A stretch of 64,000 bases of DNA. Origin: Candidatus Omnitrophota bacterium (GTDB lineage: Bacteria > Omnitrophota > Gorgyraeia > Zapsychrales > JAHFFX01). Location of the stretch: contig JAHFFW010000007.1 of assembly GCA_023247725.1 (NCBI GenBank), positions 12,243 through 76,242 of the forward strand, in the 5' to 3' direction. The position numbers and the translations under genes were made by a program. The stretch's first letter is position 1, and each line of letters begins with the position of its first letter. This document shows, one piece after another, positions 30,597 through 42,608 of the stretch. Under the pieces are notes generated by a model. The model was given only the letters and a program-made list of their open reading frames with translations. It was not told the origin of the DNA and searched no databases.

Positions 30597-32332
30597 ATGA
30601 CCTTTTCCTGATATTGCGGAGTATAATCGACGCTGGCTCCAGGGACGCTGTATTCATAAGGGCCGCGATAAACTTTTGGATCAAAGGCAAAATTTCCGTG
30701 CGGGGGCGGGGTCGCGGTTGCCCACTCGAGGGTCGTTGAACCCCAGGGGTTATCGTTGACCTTTTCTCCACCCTTTAAACTCAGCAGAATGTTAATGATA
30801 AAGGGGATTTGGAACAAGGCCATGATCCAAGCGGCATAAGACATAACCCCATTTAAATGCATGACCCCCTGGGCATGCGAATACTCCATTCCTCCGTCGT
30901 ACAACCGGCGCGAGACGCCGGCCAGGCCTTGAATCAACATCGGCATAAAGAGAAAATTCATGCAAACGAGCGTCGGCCAGAAATGCAGGTGCCCGAGAAA
31001 TTCATTCATTTTTCTACCGGTTAGCTTTGGATACCAATAATAAATTCCAGCAAACAGCGCAAAAATTGTTCCGGGTGCCACAATATAGTGGAAGTGTCCA
31101 ATGACATAATAAGTGTCGTGCAGATGGATATCCGGCGTCGATAAGCCCAACGGCAAACCAGTCAATCCCCCAATCCCGAACATCGGCAGGAATGCCAAGG
31201 CAAAGAGCATCGGTGTATTGAAGCGAATAGATCCTCCCCACAATGAGAGAAACAGTGCCGTAAGAATGATGACCGATGGGATGGAAATGATCATGGTGGT
31301 CGCTTGAAAGAACGAGCTGATTCCGGTTCCCATGCCCGTGATATACATATGGTGCGCCCAAACAATAAAGGACATAAATCCCAAAAAGATAAGAGAAAAA
31401 ACCATCGCCTTATATCCCCAGAGAGGCTTTCGACTGTTATTGGCAATGATTTCCGAGACGATCCCCATCGCCGGCAGAATCAAGACATAGACTTCGGGAT
31501 GAGCCAGGAACCAGAACAAGTGCTGCCAAAGAAGCACGCTTCCCCCTCCGCTGATTTGCAGGGGCTGGCCGCTCACCATCAGACCGCTCGGCATAAAAAA
31601 ACTCGTGTGCGCGACGCGGTCCATCAATTGCATGACGGCAGCTGCTTCCAGGGGAGGAAACGCTAATAATAAGAGAAAGGCGGTAATGAATTGGGCCCAG
31701 ACAAAAAAGGGCAATTTCATGAAGGTCAAGCCCGGTGCCCTCATTTGGATAATCGTTGTGAGGAAGTTCACCGCTCCCAACAAAGACGAGGTGATGAGAA
31801 AGACCATCCCAATGATCCACATGGTCTGACCCATCGTGGAGATAACCGCCAGTGGCGCATAAGAAGTCCACCCTGCCGCCGCGGCCCCACCGGGGACAAA
31901 GAAGCTGGCGAGCATGATGACGCCCCCGATAAAATAAGCCCAATAACTCGCGAGATTGATTTTGGGGAAAGCCATGTCCGGTGCACCAATCATTAAGGGG
32001 ATCAAAACATTGCCATAGGCGCCCACCGCCAATGGCACGATTCCCATAAACACCATGATCGTTCCGTGCATGGCTCCCAATTGATTATAGAGTTCCGGAA
32101 GCATGACCCCGTCCGGCATGCGGGATTCGCCAAACCACTTGCCAATAACCGGCAAGGCCACACCCGGATAGGCCAGCTGCCAGCGCATGAGCATGACGAG
32201 GCAAAAACCAAAAAAAAGGAAAAACAAGGCGGTAATTCCGTACCACAAACCGATCATTTTGTGGTCGGTATTAAACACATATTGACGCCAAAACCCAACT
32301 TTTGGGTGATGAGCGTTATGATCTGAGGTCAT
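30593..32332 (-). CDS. coxA: Cytochrome c oxidase subunit I (A-family heme-copper oxidase)
   Basis: TDHKMIG (D-channel), HGTIM, HPEVY, WAHHM and HDTYYVIGHFHY. Confidence 0.97.
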   Translation of the reverse strand: MTSDHNAHHPKVGFWRQYVFNTDHKMIGLWYGITALFFLFFGFCLVMLMRWQLAYPGVALPVIGKWFGESRMPDGVMLPELYNQLGAMHGTIMVFMGIVPLAVGAYGNVLIPLMIGAPDMAFPKINLASYWAYFIGGVIMLASFFVPGGAAAAGWTSYAPLAVISTMGQTMWIIGMVFLITSSLLGAVNFLTTIIQMRAPGLTFMKLPFFVWAQFITAFLLLLAFPPLEAAAVMQLMDRVAHTSFFMPSGLMVSGQPLQISGGGSVLLWQHLFWFLAHPEVYVLILPAMGIVSEIIANNSRKPLWGYKAMVFSLIFLGFMSFIVWAHHMYITGMGTGISSFFQATTMIISIPSVIILTALFLSLWGGSIRFNTPMLFALAFLPMFGIGGLTGLPLGLSTPDIHLHDTYYVIGHFHYIVAPGTIFALFAGIYYWYPKLTGRKMNEFLGHLHFWPTLVCMNFLFMPMLIQGLAGVSRRLYDGGMEYSHAQGVMHLNGVMSYAAWIMALFQIPFIINILLSLKGGEKVNDNPWGSTTLEWATATPPPHGNFAFDPKVYRGPYEYSVPGASVDYTPQYQEKVI

Positions 32333-32344
32333 CTAAGGGAAGGA

Positions 32345-33055
32345 TTATTTGCTTGCTTTCGAAAAAGTGAAATCAACAACCTTGGTCTCGGGGCCGGCGA
32401 CGGTCACCGAAGCCGTCTTGGTGCCGAGTTTTTCGTGCCAGGCCTCAATTTCATAAGTCCCGGGTTCAAGATTCTCGATCGTGAATTTGCCATCGGTCTT
32501 CGTCGTTGAGAAAAACGGATGCTCCATGACGGCCATATAGGCCCCCATCCAGGGATGCACATCGCATTTGATGGAAAACATGGGCTCGGGTTTGTCAAAG
32601 ACCTTTTCAACCTCTGTCCGAGTCTTGGGCATGGCGAGATTGAATTCTTCATTCACTTTGCACAGGGCATGGACGTTATGCAGCGTACCATCAGGATTCA
32701 ATACTTTTAAAGGCTGCCCAACCATAATGCCTAAGACGTGTGGCGAGTACTGACAGCCATTCTGATCAAAGGTCACGGCTTCTTTGGGCGCCGGATACGG
32801 CTTAGCGGGCAATCCGCTTTTGACGTAGACAAAGACGTTCGCCATGGTATTCCCCTCACCCACCACGAGGTTCTCTGGATAAACAGGAGACGTGTGATGA
32901 GAAAGACAAATAGGATCAGCATCCATCTTGATTTCTTTGAATTTCGGCACCTCTCCGTCATATTTGATCGTACCGGTCACCGTCCCGGCACAAGCCGGCC
33001 GGACGATCAAACCACAAAAAACCATCGCAGCAAGAAAAAATTTGGCCTTATGCAT
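32345..33055 (-). CDS. Exported cupredoxin-like protein with a carboxypeptidase-regulatory-like domain
   Basis: Signal peptide, DQNGCQYSPHV, LHNVH, KCDVHPWM and G.Y.IEAWHE. Confidence 0.8.
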   Translation of the reverse strand: MHKAKFFLAAMVFCGLIVRPACAGTVTGTIKYDGEVPKFKEIKMDADPICLSHHTSPVYPENLVVGEGNTMANVFVYVKSGLPAKPYPAPKEAVTFDQNGCQYSPHVLGIMVGQPLKVLNPDGTLHNVHALCKVNEEFNLAMPKTRTEVEKVFDKPEPMFSIKCDVHPWMGAYMAVMEHPFFSTTKTDGKFTIENLEPGTYEIEAWHEKLGTKTASVTVAGPETKVVDFTFSKASK

Positions 33056-33191
33056 AGTCCTTTCCTTTCTTTTATCTGTTCCCTGCAAGGGGTTTAGTGC
33101 ATTTTACTAAAAATTTTTTAAGATGATTGTGTTAGTCTACGTCAGGGCTTTTTGTTTGTCAAGAATCGTTTTGGTTTTTCTATGGGTTTTT

Positions 33192-33521
33192 CTAAATATT
33201 TTTCATTTCTTGAAAAAATTTAATGAGAACAACGATTCCGGCCAAAGACGTGACGGACATTAAACGAGGATCAACCATGGGTTTCTTCCAGAAGTAACGA
33301 GAAATGGACAGCGTCAGGACTTTCCAAATCACCGCTCCAATTTTCAAGGACAAGGAGACGTCGGAAAATAAAAGAACAATCACGACCAGGCCAGCGATCA
33401 AATTGGGCAGACCCAAATGAAATTTGCGCAGGTTGTTTTTTAAGGCATCTTGAGGCAGGATCCAAAAAATTAATGGATAGAAGACCGCGAATGCCAGGGC
33501 CGTCAAAAGACTAATCGTCAT
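33192..33521 (-). CDS. Hypothetical membrane protein
   Basis: 109-aa ORF with about 4 hydrophobic segments, filling the gap between atpC and the cox operon. Confidence 0.65.
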   Translation of the reverse strand: MTISLLTALAFAVFYPLIFWILPQDALKNNLRKFHLGLPNLIAGLVVIVLLFSDVSLSLKIGAVIWKVLTLSISRYFWKKPMVDPRLMSVTSLAGIVVLIKFFQEMKNI

Positions 33522-33616
33522 TTTTAGCGTGTTGTTTCATAAGACCAGCTGCTATGGACAGTCAAGGAAAAATTTAAACGAAGTGATCTGGAATTGAATG
33601 AAGTCTTACCTTAAAG

Positions 33617-33895
33617 TTAGAGCGAGTCAGCGGCGACCGCATCCAACAGCAGCGTGGCCCGATTTTTGGAGACTTCCAGAAATCCGCCTTTGAGGCTGTT
33701 GACTTCCAATGTTTCACCAGACTCTTTTCTGACCGTGACCTTGCCCGGGTCAAGGATCGAAAGAATGGGTGCGTGATTGACGAGTATCCCCAGATACCCT
33801 TCTTGTCCGGGAGCGATTAAAGAAACCGCAGGACCATGGAAAACGGTTTTGGCGGGGGTGATGACGGTTACGGTGAAATGATGCGGTGAATCCAT
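33617..33895 (-). CDS. atpC: ATP synthase epsilon subunit (short, N-terminal domain only)
   Basis: VITP, GYLGILVNHAP and GGFLEV; 92 aa. Confidence 0.93.
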   Translation of the reverse strand: MDSPHHFTVTVITPAKTVFHGPAVSLIAPGQEGYLGILVNHAPILSILDPGKVTVRKESGETLEVNSLKGGFLEVSKNRATLLLDAVAADSL

Positions 33896-33898
33896 ATT

Positions 33899-35335
<1,437 letters not shown>

Positions 35336-35360
35336 TTATTTTCTGACTTGAATTTTTTCG

Positions 35361-36233
35361 CTAACCTTTTAAAGCCTCGGCTCCGGAAACGATCTCAATC
35401 AATTCCTTGGTGATCGAGGCCTGTCGGGCTCGATTGCGCAACAGGGTGTAGCGGTCTCTTAACTCGGAGGCATTTTGCGAAGCTTTATCCATCGCGGTCA
35501 TGCGCGCCCCGTGCTCTCCGGCGGAATTTTCCAGAAAAGAATAATACAGTCGGAAAAAGAAATAACGCGGGATAAGAACGCGCAAAAGCTCAGGCTGATT
35601 CGGTTCAAAAATATAATCCGAGGTCAAGGGGTTGGCGTGAGAAAGAATGCTCTGGGCCTCAATGGGGAGAAACTTTTCAATGACCGGCAGCTGTGATAAA
35701 GGATTGATAAACCGGTTATAAGCGAGGTACACCTCATCATATTGCCCCGATTCATAAAGAGCCATCAATTCCTCGCCAATTTTAGAAGCCTGTAAGAAGT
35801 CGGGTTTAACGGTCACACCTTCATAAAAAGTTTTGACATTCCCACGGGAGCGAAAAAAAATATAGCCCCGTTTGCCGCAAAAACTCAAATCAATGCGGTC
35901 AAACCGGCGCCGATTTTCGCGAATCCAGGCAAAAATCTTTTTATTGAGATTATTGTTAAATCCTCCTGCCAGCCCGCGGTCCGACGTTAAAATAAGAATG
36001 AGGATATTTTTTACCGTGGGATGAGCCTTCAGCAAAGGATGTGACGCATGCTCGGTCGAAGCCGCCAGTCGCGACATGAGAGCCACCAGCTCCGTGGCGT
36101 AATTCTTGGCGTTTGTCTGATTGACCAGGGCCTGGCGGAGTTTGCTCGCCGCAACGAGCTTCATCGTTCGCGTGATTTTCTCAATATTCTTGAGGCTATT
36201 GAGTTTATTTTTGTATTCTTTGACGGTTGGCAT
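35361..36233 (-). CDS. atpG: ATP synthase gamma subunit
   Basis: KITRTMKLVAASK, TSDRGLAG and RQASITKELIEI. Confidence 0.98.
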   Translation of the reverse strand: MPTVKEYKNKLNSLKNIEKITRTMKLVAASKLRQALVNQTNAKNYATELVALMSRLAASTEHASHPLLKAHPTVKNILILILTSDRGLAGGFNNNLNKKIFAWIRENRRRFDRIDLSFCGKRGYIFFRSRGNVKTFYEGVTVKPDFLQASKIGEELMALYESGQYDEVYLAYNRFINPLSQLPVIEKFLPIEAQSILSHANPLTSDYIFEPNQPELLRVLIPRYFFFRLYYSFLENSAGEHGARMTAMDKASQNASELRDRYTLLRNRARQASITKELIEIVSGAEALKG

Positions 36234-36245
36234 TTGGTTTCTGAA

Positions 36246-36327
36246 TTGAACGCAGAGGATACAGATTGCACGCGGATTAAACAGATATCTGCGACCATCC
36301 GCGTTTGATCTGTTAAATCTGCGTTAA
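36246..36327. repeat. Long imperfect inverted repeat built from ~10-nt periodic CRGAT-core units (atpA-atpG spacer)
   Basis: aacgcagag-gatacagat-tgcacgcggat-taaacagat | atctgcg-accatccgcgt-ttgatctgt-taaatctgcgtt. Confidence 0.8.
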
Positions 36328-36333
36328 CTCAAA

Positions 36334-37854
<1,521 letters not shown>

Positions 37855-37866
37855 GAATGCCTCTCC

Positions 37867-38403
37867 TTATGAGCCCATTACCGATTCTTCAAATCGGCGC
37901 AATTGTTCTTTGATTGTAAAGTCGTAAATCTGATCCCTGATTTGGACTTTAAAACCGCCCAGTAAATCCGGATCAATTTGGGTTTCAGCAGAAATGACTT
38001 TGCCGAAATGGTTCTGGAGCTTGTCGGCGATCTTTTTGATTTGATCCGCTTTTAATTCTACCGCGGAAAGAAGTCTCACCTTCAGTCTTCCTCGAGCTTC
38101 TTCATGAAGTTCATTAAAACGCTCAAAGATCTCGCTCAAATAACGCAATTTCCCTTTATTTATCAGGAAGAACAAAAATCGATAGGTCAACGGGTGCAGG
38201 CGATCTTTAAATAAATTTTCGACAACCGCCCTCCGTTTTGTTACGGGAATAATGGGATTCTGCACAAAAAATTTTAATTCCGGCGACTGGTGCATGAGTT
38301 CGGTCAAGGCTTGGATGTCTTGTCGCAGCGGGCCAAGTACGGTTTCTTCTTTCGCAAAGTCATATAAGGCTTGGGCGTAACGCTGGGCGGATTTGGACGG
38401 CAT
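37867..38403 (-). CDS. atpH: ATP synthase delta subunit
   Basis: AQRYAQALY and IDPDLLGG; operon position. Confidence 0.95.
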   Translation of the reverse strand: MPSKSAQRYAQALYDFAKEETVLGPLRQDIQALTELMHQSPELKFFVQNPIIPVTKRRAVVENLFKDRLHPLTYRFLFFLINKGKLRYLSEIFERFNELHEEARGRLKVRLLSAVELKADQIKKIADKLQNHFGKVISAETQIDPDLLGGFKVQIRDQIYDFTIKEQLRRFEESVMGS

Positions 38404-38404
38404 T

Positions 38405-38962
38405 TTATTGTTCCGGATCAAATTCCTGAATATACTTATCGATGAGCTTTTCTTGACGGGATTTGTCCAGCTCTTCTTCCATAATTTTAGTGGCTAAGGT
38501 GACGGCGGCCGAAACGCTTTCCCGGCGCAGTTGGACCTGCGCCTTTTCCACGAGTTTGGCCACCTCCTGGCTGGCATTAGTCATAAGGATGTGGGCTTCT
38601 TCTCTGGTCTTTTTTTCGATCACCCGGGCTGCTTCCACGGCCGCCTTCTGCGCCCGCTCCACAATATGCTTGGCCTTTTCATCGGCCTCCGAAAGCATTT
38701 TATTCGTCGTCAATTTCACCTGCTCAAGTTGCTCATGCGCCTTTTGCGCCTCTTCCAAGGATTTGCGGATATGCTCTTCCCTGGCGTCCAGCGCCAGGAG
38801 AATGGGTTTCCAGGCATATTTATAGAGAATCGCCAAAAGTAAAAAAAACGTGACCCAAGTAAAAATCATCATTTCGACATCGGGAGTCAAAATGTCGGCT
38901 TGGTGGGCTGGCGGATGATCGTGAGGATTGACTTCTATGGATGGAGACGATGATTCGTTCAT
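38405..38962 (-). CDS. atpF: ATP synthase subunit b
   Basis: TM segment followed by KYAWKPIL..LDARE..I and a coiled coil. Confidence 0.95.
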   Translation of the reverse strand: MNESSSPSIEVNPHDHPPAHQADILTPDVEMMIFTWVTFFLLLAILYKYAWKPILLALDAREEHIRKSLEEAQKAHEQLEQVKLTTNKMLSEADEKAKHIVERAQKAAVEAARVIEKKTREEAHILMTNASQEVAKLVEKAQVQLRRESVSAAVTLATKIMEEELDKSRQEKLIDKYIQEFDPEQ

Positions 38963-38979
38963 CAATCGTTCTGTCTTGA

Positions 38980-39216
<237 letters not shown>

Positions 39217-39253
39217 TTAGTCATTTTAAAATTTTTTATAATTGAGCGGATGT

Positions 39254-39282
39254 ATTATATCCATGACTCCCATCGGTGTAAA
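39254..39282 (-). promoter_or_regulatory. Internal promoter upstream of atpE
   Basis: TTTACA-N17-TATAAT in the 246-bp atpB-atpE spacer. Confidence 0.6.
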
Positions 39283-39310
39283 GAATGTTTCAAATCAAAT
39301 TCCAACTTGA

Positions 39311-39447
39311 GGAGATCAGAGAAATAAAATTGGTTATCCGGTGATTGCTGATATCCGCAAATGGTGAACCGGGTATCCGGTTATTTAAATAGTCAATCCC
39401 TGATCTGCGGATACGCTTTTCCGGTTCCCCGAATCTTCCGATCATCC
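39311..39447. repeat. ATCCG-rich imperfect inverted repeat in the atpB-atpE spacer
   Basis: tatccgca (39352-39359) / tgcggata (39406-39413); aaccgg-gtat-ccggtt (39367-39382); ggagatc / gatcatcc ends. Confidence 0.55.
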
Positions 39448-40209
39448 TCAGTGTTCCGGATGATACATCTGCCCCATGAAAATCGCGGACAGCAACGTAA
39501 AGATGTATGCCTGTAGAAATGACACAAAGACCTCGAGGAGAAAAATAAACAAGGCCAGGATGATCATGGGCAAAAATTTCAATCCCATGACCACAATCAA
39601 TCCAAGGAGAGAAAAGATAGCAATATGCCCCGCTAGCATATTGGCGAATAAACGGATCATCAGGGCAAAGGATTTGATAAAGACTCCGACGAATTCAATC
39701 GGAACCACAATGAACAAAATCGGCCACGGGACGCCCGAAGGAACAAAAGCCTTGAAAAAGCCAAACCGATTTTTATAAATACCTCCCAAAATCATAAAAC
39801 AAAAGGTGATGAAGGCGAGGGCCCCCGTCACATTGATATTGGCCGTCGCCGTCGCAAATAATGGAATAAGACCCATCAAATTGAGAGTCAGGATGAGAAA
39901 GAAAAAAGTACAAAATAGCGGCGTTAATCTTCTCCCGTCTTTCGCTCCCAGGAACCGGATGGCGATTTCGTCCCGGATAAAGACGACAAAAATTTCGAGA
40001 AGATTGGTAAAACCCGTGGGTGCCTGGCGATGATCTTTTTGATACACCAAGCAGAAAATGATGATCAGAAAAATCGCGTCCAAAACGAGCATGAGCCCAT
40101 GCAGGCTCACCGGCGGCGGCAAATGGATGGCACAGACGAAAGGGGGATGCCACTCCCGGGAATTCAAAACGTGATGCATGATATATTCATCGAGGTTGAA
40201 TGCGCTCAT
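39448..40209 (-). CDS. atpB: ATP synthase subunit a
   Basis: TATANINVT, LMIRLFANMLAGH and LQAYIFTLL; ATGA overlap with the upstream ORF. Confidence 0.97.
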   Translation of the reverse strand: MSAFNLDEYIMHHVLNSREWHPPFVCAIHLPPPVSLHGLMLVLDAIFLIIIFCLVYQKDHRQAPTGFTNLLEIFVVFIRDEIAIRFLGAKDGRRLTPLFCTFFFLILTLNLMGLIPLFATATANINVTGALAFITFCFMILGGIYKNRFGFFKAFVPSGVPWPILFIVVPIEFVGVFIKSFALMIRLFANMLAGHIAIFSLLGLIVVMGLKFLPMIILALFIFLLEVFVSFLQAYIFTLLSAIFMGQMYHPEH

Positions 40210-40499
40210 GAATGCGAATGGGATAGAATACGGATTTCGAAGATTAATAAAATAAAATACGTGACCGCTAAAGACATGAGAAAAGGCAAGGCCTGGGATC
40301 GCGCCGTTCGCAAAAATAAACAAACCAGGATAAAAAGGACAACGGCTCGGACGGCATTGAAACCGACTCCTAAAACAAAAAAATGATCCAGGGATTTTCC
40401 AATGGATCTGTGTTTGATGCGCACCCCGATGAAAAAATTCAAAAAAGCCAAGGCAGCACCCAGCCAAAGGCCATTCATTCCATCAACGAGATTTTCCAT
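40206..40499 (-). CDS. AtpI-like membrane protein
   Basis: Hydrophobic ~97-aa ORF in the atpI position, coupled to atpB. Confidence 0.7.
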   Translation of the reverse strand: MENLVDGMNGLWLGAALAFLNFFIGVRIKHRSIGKSLDHFFVLGVGFNAVRAVVLFILVCLFLRTARSQALPFLMSLAVTYFILLIFEIRILSHSHS

Positions 40500-40731
40500 A
40501 TTTTTTCTGATCGTCCGCCTGCATTCGCCGAACGATCTTCCAGACTTCATAACCGCAATAAAACAATCCCAAAAACATTCCCGTCAGAGTCCAGGCGCGG
40601 CCTCCCCCCAACGTTTGGTCCAAGCGATACCCTAAATAGGAAAAAATTGCCATCCCCGCTGCCATGTTGAATCCCAATGAGGCGGCTTCACCAAATTTTT
40701 GTAAATCTTTTCGATTGTTTTTGCTTTCCAA
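40483..40731 (-). CDS. AtpZ/AtpI (ATPase gene 1) family protein
   Basis: SLGF.MA....F..LGY.LD..LG...W.L.G.FLG pattern. Confidence 0.85.
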   Translation of the reverse strand: MESKNNRKDLQKFGEAASLGFNMAAGMAIFSYLGYRLDQTLGGGRAWTLTGMFLGLFYCGYEVWKIVRRMQADDQKKYGKSR

Positions 40732-40756
40732 GAGACTGGCAATGAGGAGACGACTT

Positions 40757-41071
40757 TCAAGGAGTTTTCAAAAGTCGAAAAAGGCAAAAAATAAAAACGG
40801 CTGCCGTTACGGTCAAAAGCATCCCCGATGGCATAAAGTGACGCGTTTTAAGAAATCGCATTAAAAAGACCATGGCCAACAGCCCGTTGAGAACGGTCAT
40901 ATAGAGAAAGGTATTTCTTGGCTGATGAATGAAAAAGACACCGGCAAAAATCAGAATGGCGCAAATAAGCCCTGTAATGAGCGAGATCTGGCTGCCAGCA
41001 CGATATCCCATAAATGCCCCGACCAGGAGAAAGCATCCGTAGAAAACCAATACCCATTGATCAGAGGACAT
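40757..41071 (-). CDS. TMEM14-family membrane protein
   Basis: YGCFLLVGAFMGYRAGSQISLITG...RFLKTRHFMPSG matches the TMEM14 signature (YG...G..GY..GS..SL..G; R..KT..FMP.G); overlaps the hemH stop. Confidence 0.88.
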   Translation of the reverse strand: MSSDQWVLVFYGCFLLVGAFMGYRAGSQISLITGLICAILIFAGVFFIHQPRNTFLYMTVLNGLLAMVFLMRFLKTRHFMPSGMLLTVTAAVFIFCLFRLLKTP

Positions 41072-42419
41072 TGTTGAGCTCTTGCCTGATTTTGCTCAGA
41101 ATGGATTGTCTTTTGGAGCTGCGTCCCAGCGAATTTTCTACACAATCCGCCAGGGCATGAATAAATCCGGGATGACATTCCAGGGCCTTGCTCACCCGGA
41201 AATCTTTGATTCCAGCACTTTCGGCGACCGCGCGATATTCAATATCAATTTCACACAGGGTTTCGATGTGATCAGAAACGAAGGAAACCGGAACGACCAA
41301 TAATTTTTTGATTCCCCGTTTTGCCAAATGATTGATCATCGCCTCCGTGGATGGCTTAAGCCAACGCATTGGTCCGACGGCGCTTTGGTAGGCAATGACC
41401 CATGAGTCTTGTTTTTTAAGCCGGTCGACAATCCTGGCGACCGTTTGGGCAATCTCAAAGGCATAAGGATCACCTTCTAAAAGAAAATACAAAGGCAACC
41501 CATGGGCCGAAAACAAAAGGTAAAAATCGTCAAGGCTTTCACTGGGTTTTAATTGTTCCAGAATCCGGTCCACGAAAGCGTTAATATAGGAATCAGCCAA
41601 ATAATAGCTGCGACAAGGCAAAAAGGCTGCAGATGGATAAACCCTTTTCGCGGCCTTGTTCAAATAATGCATATTAGAGCCGGTCGTGGCAAAAGAGTTG
41701 TGGGGATAAAGACTGACGGGCAAAATATATTTTTGCCCCGAGCGCCTGATCTGGGCAAGGGTTTCCTCGGGCAATGGATCACTGTAATTAAAGGAGTAGG
41801 TGACAAATAAATTCCGCCCCCTTCTTTTAAGCTCCATTTCGAGGGCCATTGTCTGTGCTTCCGTGGAGGCATAGATGGGACTTCCACCGCCGATCAAAGC
41901 ATAACGCTTTTGGGCCTCCTGGTGCCGGGCATTGACAATGATCATCGCAAAGAGCTTCTGCGTGAGCCAAGGCCAGGGCAACCGGATGATCAAAGAATCC
42001 GAAAATAAGCGGTATAAAAAGTCTTTAACATCCGCTATGGTCTTGGGCCCTCCCATATTGAGCAGGACAACCGCAATCTCTGAGTCTGAAACGTGCTCGT
42101 TGGGTTCGGGATAAATTTTGCCGTCGGAAATATGTTCACTTTTTTCAATGTCTTCTTCTGAAACTTGCGGATGGTAAAGATATCCTCCAATCAATTGACC
42201 TGCGGCCACCATTAAAACCAAAATAGGAATCCATAGGGGAGACACATTCCATTTGATCATAAGGTAAATAATGGGAATAACCGAAGCATTGGTCCAGAAA
42301 AACCAAGCCAAAGACCAGGTCCTTGTTCGCGAGCGGAAGTATCCAAAAAGGACATTGAGAAAAAAAGTTCCGGCAATGAGGGCCAGATGGGAATATGAGG
42401 GGAAAAATTGCGTATCCAT
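41061..42419 (-). CDS. hemH: Ferrochelatase with an N-terminal ~3-TM membrane extension
   Basis: LLNMGGP, Y..IGGGSP, SLYPH.S..T.GS, FSAHGLP, YQS.VGP..WLKP and FVSDHIETL.EID; about 110 extra N-terminal residues. Confidence 0.95.
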   Translation of the reverse strand: MDTQFFPSYSHLALIAGTFFLNVLFGYFRSRTRTWSLAWFFWTNASVIPIIYLMIKWNVSPLWIPILVLMVAAGQLIGGYLYHPQVSEEDIEKSEHISDGKIYPEPNEHVSDSEIAVVLLNMGGPKTIADVKDFLYRLFSDSLIIRLPWPWLTQKLFAMIIVNARHQEAQKRYALIGGGSPIYASTEAQTMALEMELKRRGRNLFVTYSFNYSDPLPEETLAQIRRSGQKYILPVSLYPHNSFATTGSNMHYLNKAAKRVYPSAAFLPCRSYYLADSYINAFVDRILEQLKPSESLDDFYLLFSAHGLPLYFLLEGDPYAFEIAQTVARIVDRLKKQDSWVIAYQSAVGPMRWLKPSTEAMINHLAKRGIKKLLVVPVSFVSDHIETLCEIDIEYRAVAESAGIKDFRVSKALECHPGFIHALADCVENSLGRSSKRQSILSKIRQELNNVL

Positions 42420-42468
42420 TGCGCTTAATTCTAACATAAAGTTTTCTGACTGCAAGAGAAAGGATAAG

Positions 42469-42525
42469 GCCTGACGACTTCGCTCAGGCGTTCAGGTTTG
42501 ATGCTAAGGTGAATTGAAGCATCAA
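42469..42525. repeat. Degenerate REP-like double hairpin
   Basis: gcctga-cgacttcgc-tcaggc and ttgatgct...agcatcaa. Confidence 0.55.
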
Positions 42526-42564
42526 CCCTTCGGGCGCCTCGAATGGCCAAAATCCAAATTTCCC

Positions 42565-42608
42565 AAAAAAAATTGGGCGGCCCTGAATTACCAGTGAGGG
42601 CCGCCCAA
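42565..42608 (-). terminator. Rho-independent terminator
   Basis: 12-bp stem ttgggcggccct/agggccgcccaa followed by 8 U on the minus strand. Confidence 0.85.
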
